Origin: Saccostrea cucullata
Lineage: Eukaryota
DNA: 64,000 bases
Reading direction: 5' to 3'
Assembly: GCF_032062105.1 (NCBI RefSeq)
Contig: NW_026928756.1
Coordinates: 124,001-188,000 of the forward strand
The notes beneath the pieces are model-generated. The model was not told the DNA's origin, ran no database searches, and was given only the letters and a program-made list of their open reading frames with translations. This document shows, piece after piece, positions 53,541 through 64,000 of this stretch. The position numbers and the translations under genes are program-made. How positions within the stretch are numbered: the first letter of the stretch is position 1; every line of letters begins with the position of its first letter.

Positions 53541-54994
53541 TAGAATAAAAAATGTACTGAAAAATCTTAAATAATTGAGTTTATATTATTTCAATTCTTC
53601 ATGTGTAATTTATATACATTAGTATTGTTCTACTTTTTACGAGGAGAGTTTGTATCATGTAAAAAAATTAATTTTGTTCATGTAAGGTTTGACTTATTTA
53701 ATTTAATAATGTAAAAATTATTCAAAAATAAATTAAAATAAAATCAACATGTCTAATCAAGCATATTTTTCCAAAAAAAAAAAAAAATAAATAAATAAAA
53801 TAAAATTTTTCATACCTTAAGTATATTTGATTATTATTAATTTTTGAAAACAATGGTACAAGTTTATTACGCTAAACAACACCGTTGATTTTGTGTAGAT
53901 AACCGATGACAATTATCATAATGACGTCAACTTTGGAACCATGCTCCCTCGTATCATTAATATTAACGACCAACAGTTTTTTTTTTTTTTTTTTTTTTTT
54001 TTACATATATTGATATAATCAACATGTAATGCGAGATAACCTCTTTAGATGTTTTATACATAACATTGTATATATATATATGTAGTATGTATATATTTTA
54101 CTTGACTTTTGTTTAAATCAGTTAAATTAGAAATGAAGCTTTTTGACTTATCTCATACTTTCAATATCGATATCATTGTGTGAATTTGAGTACTAATCAA
54201 AAAGCAAAACCTAGAAGTCGGATTATGCTAAAAGTAGCGAGTATATTTTCTACAGATGTAAAAGGAATCCTTCAAGAAAAAAATCTGCAATTAAAACTGA
54301 TTTGCGGCATTTGAAACACAAACAGACTACTAAGCACAAGCAGAAGTTCAGACTAGCAAATTCACGACATACCTGCATGTACGAAAGTGAAAAAGTCATA
54401 GTACCTCGAAGGTCAAGCAAAATAGCAAGCCAAAATGAGCCAATTAAAATTGCTAAAAGAAGAATGGATTAATCCTTGAACCAATTATCTTTATCATATG
54501 GGATCTTGTGCGGATGAATATCAGCAATTATTAAAACGTAAAAACCCATATATAATCGTAGGTACATGTACAAAGTACATAACTAAAATTAGAACAAAAG
54601 CCTTGTTGACAAGAATGGTCCTGAACAAACAAAAACACAGCAACAATACAATATAGAAATTAGTTCATCTAATGAAACACAATATACCAGAAAATAATGT
54701 GATAAGAGGTATCCACTCATAGGCCTTATTAACTATCGCTATGGTTTGATGTTTTTATCGATAACTCATTACCGGAACTTGTTCACAGCATGTACGAAGC
54801 ATGCAGCTAAATGTTGTTTTTTAAAGAACCACCTTTTTAGGTTGCGATGGGACAAATATCAGATTGCTATACAGCACAAACCGGCTATTCAATGAAAATC
54901 AATCGTACTTAACTCCGAAATCTCAGGTTTTTTTAATCAGAATACATTTTCCATTAAACTTGCTCTTCAGTTTGAATTTGGAATGCTTTTACTT

Positions 54995-55160
54995 CTGTAT
55001 ACAGGGTTATTTTTGCCCCGTTTTAAATTTGCCCTGTCAAAGTTTTGTTTAAGTACTTATACTGTATTATATGAATTTGCCCCGTTATAAATTCGCCCAA
55101 ATGAGGCTAGGGCGAAAGGGGCGAAAATAAAACGGGGGGCGAAAATGTCCCTGTATACAG
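54995..55160. mobile_element. MITE (degenerate second copy at ~55788-55952)
   Basis: CTGTATACAGGG...CCCTGTATACAG|TA with TTCGCCC / GGGCGAA repeats. Confidence 0.75.
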
Positions 55161-56009
55161 TATGTTAACGTTAGCACGTCATATTCAGTTGAGAAATAAC
55201 GTGAAATTATATGAATTAAAATTCATAGAAAATATTTTAAAGTCAAATTAATATTTTTTATAATGTCTTAAAACTTCTTTCAAGACATTTAATTGTGCTT
55301 ATCTTATGATCCCATGCTGATTATTCCTCTAATAGAAACATTTGTCACATTTGGGAAATTTTGTCCTGAAAACAGAATATTGAAATAATCTGCTTTTATT
55401 TCCCATGATGTGCAACTTGAAACGTTAATTGAAAACCTTATTATTCTGTACATTGACTTAACTAATGCTCTTAGATATATATATTTTTAATTTTATTTAT
55501 ATATTCTCTTTACACTTTCCCTCCCTAGCTGACTCACTAAATTCAACAACAAAATATATATAAATTTGTACTGTCAGTAATTTTTTTTAATTTTTCATGT
55601 TTTCGAGAGTGGACAGAAAGAGAAAACATAGATATATATTCACTTTGTATTACATTACGGGCACCATTGACCTTAATTTAAATTGCATTGTTAAATAATG
55701 TTTTGACAGAAACTGTCTTTTATCTCTAAATTTCATTAAGTGTTATTCCATACTATTCATATACATAGAAATAAAGGGCAAGAAATACTGTACATAGGGT
55801 TATTTTCGCCTGTATGTTTGCACGTACGACAATTTTGCCCCGTTTTAAATCGCCTAGTTATAGTTCTGTTTAAGAAATTATGCTGTGTTCCTTGAATTCT
55901 CCCTGTTTTTTATTCGCTTAACCATGAAGAGGGCGAAAGTAGCTCCTGTACATGCAATTCCTGATTTTCACAAAGAGACTATGAGACAAAATTTCACGTG
56001 ATGCGTTTT

Positions 56010-56760
56010 TCAAAAACTCTGTAGTTCGACGTTGCAAATAAGTGCTGGTTGTCTGTTTTCTGCCTTTAAAAGTCTTTCACTGAAAATGAAATACGCATAT
56101 TTAATATTTAGATTTACCTTCCAATAAAATCAAATAAAATACAATTAACTTACATCATGCAAAGATGCTTTTAATCAAGATATATATTATATTTTAAGCA
56201 ATTTTTTCTGTATCATTTTTAATCTTTTAAAAGTGATATTTAGTCATCATATTACCTTAGGAAGTACTTTTTTGTTTTTCTACAACGAAGATAAACAACC
56301 GTTTTAAGACTTTGTATAGTTTCAATGTCATAGCAGAGATGTTTAATACAGCATCACCAATGTAAATAGATAAAATTTACCTCCTTTTCCAGTTAATTGC
56401 CAGAAATAACCATGAAATAAAGACAGCGATACCCCCTCCAACTATAATTAACAGATCTGTAAAAGAAATAATAAATCTTATAAACTTAAGGAAGTCTTTT
56501 CCAGTATTATTCTATACACTGTAATTGTTTGATAGATGTATATGAGTATGATTGAAGAAATAAACTTCTTATTCACTCACAAAGTGATGATCCTTTATTG
56601 ACTTCAGTATCTTCCTTCAGTGAACATTCTTGTTGGTGTCTTGATCCCCTTCCGGGGGTTGTCTGCCCAGCTGGACATTTTGTACACGACAGTTGACCTT
56701 CCTTCTCCTGATAACTACCAAAGTCACACTTTTCACAGGTACTGTCTATATAGAATCTTC
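56010..56760 (-). CDS. 3' end of a single-pass membrane protein gene with an Ephrin_rec_like (GCC2/GCC3) Cys-rich domain; upstream exons not found in window
   Basis: Exons 56760-56581 (GRFYIDSTCEKCDFGSYQEKEGQLSCTKCPAGQTTPGRGSRHQQECS...), 56456-56381 (TM: LLIIVGGGIAVFISWLFLAINWKR), 24-nt microexon 56279-56256 (KTKKYFL), 56079-56010 (ERLLK...ELQSF*). Canonical splice sites, consistent phases. Confidence 0.8.
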
Positions 56761-58014
56761 CTGGAGAACATTTAACTGGAAAAGGGAATCTTTAACATAG
56801 TTGCATTCGATAAATAAATACTAGATTTAGTATAAGCATGGGATATAAATTTTATATATTATCGAATATGACTTGTTTCATTTTGTAACATATTCTATGG
56901 TAATGAAACCAACATACACACTTATTAAAAATGTAGTATTTAAGGCAGAACCATACTCGAGTGACGTCACCAAAACTTCATAAAAAACATAATTATCCAA
57001 AACAGAATTGATGTAAATCTTAATTTAAAATGATTTTGCATTACATGTAGTTGCAGTGCAGTAAGAATTTGATTTCGCCTTTTTATCTTCAAGTTTACAA
57101 AGTATTATAATTGACATACATGTACATGCATATTCTAACTGCTATCTACTGTTCATACAGTATTCACAATAACTTATCGTTGAAAATTGTGAAGTTTTTT
57201 TTGTCTTAACAAATTTCTCTTACTGTTTCTCAAACAAATAAATGACGCCAATACTATTCGTAATTTTAATCATTTTCAAATAAAATAAAGTTTTCGAACA
57301 CGCTTTTATTATGTTTCCATGTGAAATATTCTAGTAGCATATTAATAATGATATTACACAGAAAAAATGAGTATTTATTTCAAATCTTTGGTCAAATCCA
57401 TTTAATAAATTAAGTAAAAAAAAACATTCCTGTATCCAAACAGGAAACTACTTTAAGGGATACCGGTATGTAGAAATATGAAAAATACCGAAATACCACA
57501 ATAGAATTTGATGGCTGTAGATATTTTGGGCATTTTACTCCGCTTTCTGCGCTGGCTACGTGTATACGTTTATGAGTAGTAAAAAAAATTCCAAATTTTA
57601 TCGGAAAATTTTAACAAGTCTTTTTTTTTTGATGGGATGCGCCCTACTCTCGATTTAAGGATTTTGATGAAACAGTCTGATAATCATATAGGATTTACCG
57701 CTTAGGTTCAATCCCTTCAATATTCTTTTTTACCACAAAATACTTTTTGCAAACAGAATTTTCCACATAAAAGTAATGTCAAAATCGTATACATGTACCT
57801 ATTAATATACAAAAATATAAATAATTTTACAATAAAAGATTATTGAGTCTTTATTCAATCCGCTGTGTGCATTTTCATATTAGCCTTATTTGACAATATT
57901 TGAATATGTAAGATAAGAAACTTGTCAATTTATTGGTTTTAATCAAATGCTTCGAAAGATTGGGTCAAATGCGAAACTAATGTCAAATGTCGTTCAGCTG
58001 ATTACATGTGTAGG

Positions 58015-61000
58015 TTATTGAAATGTGTGCATTCAAAAACATAATGAAATTCATCACCAATCTTATAAAGATCATAAAGTACAAATCCTTTGTTCTCTTA
58101 GAAGACCATTCCATCTCCCAGTATCAATAGGGAGTTTAAAGTTGTTACATCAAAATTAACAAAATTGAAAATTTTCTAGGTAGATTAACAAGATATCTTT
58201 CTGGTTCTCGTATTTTTTTTTATAAATACGATAATTTACACCCTTTCATGAGTTAAAAACATTTCTTTGCCAGTTTTGGATATTTTGATCAACAAGTATT
58301 CCTTTTATTTCATTTTTTACCCATGCGACACTGTACATCTGTTGTGTTGTCCATAAATAAGATAAACCACAATCATTTAAAATGTTTTTAACATAGTTAG
58401 CACAAGGTAATTTATGCCTTAATGCTAATACATACATTTTTGTAGCAAATTTATCCATCGTTTGAGAAAAATGTAGTTTTGCCCAAAAAGAAATCATTCT
58501 CACCTTAATATTAAGGAAAAGTGGGAATCTGTCAAGTTTCCCATATACCATGTAATTTGGCGTTTTATTCTACAAACCTAGTATATATTTACAATATTTT
58601 GAGTGAAGTTTTTCGATTAGAGTATTTTTTGTAAATCCCCATATTTCACATCCATATAACAAAACTGGCTGTACAATTCTGTCAAACAAATCTATCTGAC
58701 AATCAATAGAAAGATTATGTTGTTTACATTTTGATATCACTCCATACATAGCTTTTACAGATTTATTGTATTGTTCTTTTATATTTTGATTTTAAAAACC
58801 TGATTTTGAAATAAATATATTCCTAAGTACTTATAACTATCAACAATCTCTAGACTAAAACCATCATAGGTAAAATATAAATCCTGTGTTATTCGACCTC
58901 TTCCAAAAAACATTATTCTTGTTTTGTCGACATTTACTTTTAATCACCATTTTATACAATAACATGAAAACTTTTCAACATACTTTGTAATGACTCAGGA
59001 TTTTCAGCAAATAAAACAGTGTCATCAGCATACAGCAGAGCAAAAAGCTTAATTTGACATGAAGTTCATTCTCAATAATTTCAGATAGTTTCTCTAGACC
59101 AGTTATATCATTCATGGTTAGGAATGATTCTAAATCATTTAAATAGAGAGAGAACAGAAAAGGGGACAAATTTTCACCCTGTCTTACACCAAGTTGACAA
59201 GAAAAAGTATCTGAAAAACCACCATTTACTTTAAGTTTTGCCTTGATACCCTCATACCTTTTCTTGATTATTCTAAAACATTTTCCATCTATATTGCAAT
59301 CAAATAGTATTTTGTTCCAGAGTCCTATTCTCCATACAGAATCAAAAGCTTTTTCAAAATCAATAAAGGCACAATATATTCTTTTTTGAAAACCTTTTCG
59401 AATATTTCGATGATCGTATGCAAAGAAAATATATTATCAATTGTACCATAATTTTTACGAAATCCAGCTTGATTTTCTTGTATTGTTTTGAATTCTTCTG
59501 AATATCTGTTAAGTCTATTATTTAAAATGGATGTAAATAACTTTCCAACACAACTAATTAAAGTTATTGGGCGATAATTTGTGGGTTCAGTATCATCACC
59601 ATTACTCTTATAGATAGGAATAATTTCACCACACAACCACTCGGAGGGGAAACAACCACTGTTAAGAATTTTGTTGAATATTTTTTTATAGAGGGGCACC
59701 ATTATGTTGAATGAGCTTTTAATATATTCATTGTATATGTCATCACTTCCACATGATTTGTTTCTTTTAAGACTTTTTATACTTTGCATTATTTCATCAC
59801 AAGTTATCGGTTCATTTATAGACTCATTACACTGTAAATTAGAGAGAATATCTATATCCTCATTTGATAAAACATAGTCAGGTATTTCATTATCTTTTTC
59901 CGTATTTAAATCTTTAAAAAATTCATATAATTCCTCAGCAGGTGCATTTTCATTATTTCTATTTTTTCTCCCAGAGTTTATTATTTTCCAGTATTCTTTC
60001 GGGTTTGTCGATTTTAGTGTTTTTTCAATTTTTCTTTTGTTTGATTTTTATGGTTATTTACACACATGTTCAACATTTTTTAAATATTTTTTTTACTATA
60101 CATATCGTATTTGAGATCTTTACTTCTATATCTCTGGAAGCGTTTTTTAGCCTTACGAAATGTTTGTCGTGCGTTGTAACATTCTATTGTAAACCAAGGG
60201 TGGTGAAAATCTATTTCTTTGATTATTTTTTATCCCAAATGTTTCTTTTGCACTTGTAAGGATGCTATAGGTATCGTTTACAATTTTGCCAATAAAATTT
60301 GTATCGATTTCTTCCTCTTTAATATTGTCTAGAATTCTACATAAATTGTTAATTTCTATATTTTGCTGATCTAATTTTTCAAGAAAAATATGTTGCAAGT
60401 CATCATTCCAACATTTAGCTTTTTCTTTTTGTTCGCTATTACAAGTATTTTCATTATTAGTATTTTGCTTCTCTTGGTTAATTGTCAATGATAGTTCTAC
60501 ATAAATAGGATTATGACAATCAGAGTATAGTTTTGAGAAATCATGAACTTCAAAATTTTTAACAACAGTCAAAAATTCAGTATTACCTATGCAATAATCT
60601 ATGACACTAATACCTTTACATGTAGTTTTACTAGTACATCTATCATTTCCCATACGACCATTCAAAATAAAAAGATCAGTATGTTTATAAAAATCGAGTA
60701 AAAGTTTGCCAAAATTATTCTTGACTAGGTCTTGTGATGAACGTTGAGGTGGAATATTAAGTAAGTCTAATACATATAAGCTCTCAGGTAAAAAATCAGA
60801 ATAAGTGTCACAGTTATTAGTGTAATCTGGGTCTAATCCAGTTCTTGCATTAAAATCAACAATTAAACAAACGCATTTACACTTATTAGAAAAACGAACA
60901 TATTCTTCTTCCAATTCTTCAAAAACATCACAAGATACATATTTAGAATTTTCAGGTGGTATGTAAATAGCGCCTTAAAGTAATGTTTCATTGAACACTT

Positions 61001-61280
61001 TTTATTAAGGTTTAATTTTAACCATTAACGATGTTTACTTGCAGAATCTTTTAATTCTAGTGAATTGACGAGTGTTTCTCTAACAAAAACAACAATACCG
61101 CCTTATGTAAAGCGGGATAACTCGCGACGGTGCTTTCCAAACATTTTAAAACCAGGTATTATTACATGATCTGTATTATCAGTTTTAGATTCATTTTCAC
61201 ATATGATATCATGATTTGTGATATATTCAATAAAACCTGTACAGTTAATTTTACTTATTAAACCACAGACATTAAGTGAA
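58015..61280 (-). mobile_element. Decayed non-LTR retrotransposon ORF2 (RTE-X-like), copy 2
   Basis: Endonuclease ('SLNVCGL', 'DFNARTG', 'SDCHNP'), RT ('NYRPITLISCVGKLF', 'QAGFR', 'SPFLFSLYLND') and C-terminal Zn motif; many frameshifts. Confidence 0.92.
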
Positions 61281-61977
61281 ACAGGATATTTCACCAGAGG
61301 AACTGCGTCCATCCTCCTCAAGTCCCTAGTATCCTGGGGCCCGTTTCACAAAACTATCTTAAGATTTGTCCTTAGACAGATCTTAAGACAATCTTAAAAT
61401 CTGACTTACGACAATCATAAGATTTGTCACTGCTGTTTCACAAAACTGTCTTAAGTAGCTGAAATCTTAAGACAAGTTTTAAGATGTATCTCGCGCCACA
61501 ATGTTATAGAGAATGTTATAAAGGACAAATTAAAACAAAATATTAATAATTTTTGTTCTAAGTTAAGATTTCGTCAAATACATTTATGTGTAGATATTTT
61601 CAATGTTGTAAATAAAAGTTTTCTTAAATATTGTAAAGGAGTTTTTTGATCGAAAATAAAATGTTAATTTTCTTAATACATTTACAGTGTTCACATTTTT
61701 GGAGGGGCAGGGGGGGGGGTCGGATTGGAAGCAATAATGCTGATTTGTGAAGTCATATGTGTGAAAAAAAGAAGACAAATTTGTATGTCAAAAAGTATTT
61801 TAAAAATGCATTTGTTTGATAAAAAATAAATATCAATTCTGTTTAAAATAAATTTAAATTTGATCCACCAACGCATTTGCCTTTGCATACAAGTAATGAA
61901 TGGTGTTCGAATGTATTTATCTGTGACCACAAAACGGATACAAAGTCTGTGCGCTCGGAAAGAAATCTACTAAGAAA

Positions 61978-63111
61978 ATGGCTCTGAAAAGAAGCCCAAA
62001 GTTCAGTTTGGCCGAAATCACTGTGTTAACGGACGAAGTCGAGAAAAGAAAAGACATTCTCTTTTCCAAGAAAAATTCAACAGTTTCCAAATCGTTGAAG
62101 AAGGAAACATGGAACAAAATAGCTACAAAGGTAAATGCTGTAAATGCGTCAGACCACATCAGGTCCGGAGAAGAAATGGATCTGCTTAAGCAGCGAAAGC
62201 AGAAAAAAACTAGCTTTGAAAAGAAGAGAACAGAAAAAGACAGGGGGAGGATCCTTGCCATCTGGGGCTTGCGACCAATAGATTAAAAAATTGAGGGGAT
62301 CATCGGGGAAACATCCATTTCGGGAGTTGAGGGGGGCATTGACGTTTTAGAGGCAGAGATGGTACGGGAAACGCCACCAAGCGGGAGCACAGATGTTGTA
62401 AATGGTATGTGTAAGACTGATACAAGTTCAAATTTCCGGTAACAAAAAAGGGGGGGTCTACAATTTCTTATCTATTTAAGCAATCCTGTAAATGGTGAAA
62501 AGTAAAAAGCATGTTATTTTCCGTAAAAATAAAAGTTAAATAGCTTACGTAAAATTTCTTACAAAGGTACTAGAGGATACGCAGAGCGGATATTCTCTAC
62601 ACTGTAAGAAAAGTCGTATGCAATATAGAGGAATGATTTTTGTGTGATATTTTTTTGTTTTGTTAATTTTTCATAAGATTATGTAATACTCCACATGAAA
62701 TTTTAAATTAAGATAAAATAAACAAAATTAATGTTTTAATATTTTTTAAGAAAAAAAGTTTTGTGATTTTGTTTACAAAAATTTCGTATTCTTGGTTGTA
62801 AAATATGAATTTTGTTTACAGAAAAAAGACTTGCCGATGAAAAGCCAGCAAAGAAACGAATGAAGAAATTTCTTAATCCCTGTAATGAGGCCCTCACATT
62901 AAAACTTGTTGAAGCAGAGGAAGAGATGCTGGGTGTGGGAAAAAAGGGGTTAGAAATCGAGGAAAAACGATTGAAAATTGAAGAACGGTGACTTGAAGTT
63001 GCAGAGCAGCAACTTCAATTACAACGTGAACAACAAACGCTTCACCTCTGTCAGCTTGGAATAGTTAGCAATGCGACAGTAACAGTCAATGCCCCTTCTG
63101 ATAATAAATAA
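61978..63111 (+). pseudogene. Harbinger Myb/SANT-like DNA-binding protein, 2 exons, disrupted
   Basis: 'RSPKFSLAEITVLTDEVEKRKDILF...W..IA..VNA' trihelix motif. Intron ~62405-62821, coiled-coil exon 2. Frameshift near 62180-62280 and an in-frame TGA near 62989. Confidence 0.8.
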
Positions 63112-63396
63112 AACGTATAGTAATGTGTTCAATTTACTACTTGTTGTTTATTTTTGTTGGTCATTACAATCACAAGATACAGAACACATGTTTCATTTAC
63201 CTTTTATGAAAGTTATCAATATTTCATGAAAATTAAATCACATTCAATAACAATTGTGTAATATACAAATGGACAAAATATTTCTAAGAAACATTACTGT
63301 ATTGTTGGTTCTGAATCCATGCTTTACTATGATACAGAAATTGAAAACGTCACAACATTTTTACAATACACAAACAATTCTTGTTTGTGGCACAAC

Positions 63397-64000
63397 TTAA
63401 AATCTAGAAAGAATCAATCGTTGGCGGATCTCGGTCCCGTCATTGTTGGGTCCATGGTAGATGTAGTTGTCTGGTGGATTAAGATATGCTCCAGGGTTTT
63501 GTGCTTGTGGTACTGGAACATTGTGATCAGTACACATGTTGTGGAGAACAACACAAGCAGTCACAATTTTACATACTCTTGCTAGATGAAAAAGTAGCGT
63601 TCCACCAGAATGATCAATGCACCGAAGGCGCATTTTAAGCATACCGAAGCTTCTTTCAATAGGGTTTCTCGTCTTAGCAGCCGCACCGTTGTACGCTAAT
63701 TCACGGAGATTGCTTGGGTTGAGCACTGGTGTCATCAGATACTTTATCAGAGGGTATGCACTATCCCCAAGCATCAAACCTCTTCTGATACCCCCATTTT
63801 CAAAGAGATCACTTAGTGATGAATTTGTCCACACAAAAGCATCGTGTGATGACCCAGGCCATCTGAAAACTATGTTAGTAAATTTTGTACTAGAATCAGA
63901 CTGCCATAACATTAATAGAATGAAAATTTTTCCTGTTCACAAACAGATGCTCGTCATTTTTCGGGGCTTTAATTAGTACATATACATGAGTTCCATCTAT
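63397..64000 (-). pseudogene. Harbinger (HARBI1-like, DDE_Tnp_4) transposase, C-terminal part
   Basis: 'IDGTH', 'NRKNFHSINV', 'WPGSSHDA', 'GDSAYP', 'RNPIERSFGMLK', 'ACVVLHN'; frameshift near 63900. Confidence 0.9.

Larger units (their letters stand above)
61337..64000. mobile_element. PIF/Harbinger transposon (continues beyond window)
   Basis: Terminus GGGCCCGTTTCACAAAAC follows a CTG target; TCTTAAGA subterminal repeats; convergent Myb-like and DDE transposase genes. Confidence 0.92.

Overview
AT-rich animal genomic DNA, most likely an oyster (inferred from Cg170-like ~167-bp satellite units inside a Helentron-type element and frequent TACATGTA). I assembled four complete intron-containing genes by hand. 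(1) A 9-exon PhyH-family Fe(II)/2OG dioxygenase (1620-15963,+). (2) A 7-exon tetraspanin (18269-20531,+). (3, 4) Two head-to-head ENPP6-like phosphodiesterases (29351-33040,- and 40590-48755,+) with opposite C-terminal sorting signals: one ends in -TDEL, the other in a GPI-like hydrophobic tail. The 3' end of a fifth gene, missed by the ORF track, lies at 56010-56760 (-) and encodes an Ephrin_rec_like Cys-rich domain plus a TM helix. The rest is nested mobile DNA: Helentron-type HINEs, mariner/Kolobok/EnSpm-like MITEs, SINEs, a LINE-containing block present twice, and a Harbinger element. The most unusual object is a ~2.7-kb non-coding element with split direct repeats (A1...B1-A2-B2). It looks like a non-autonomous tyrosine-recombinase (Ngaro/PAT-type) retroelement, and its empty target site is visible in the second copy of the block. 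All family calls come from reading motifs by eye; no database search was run.
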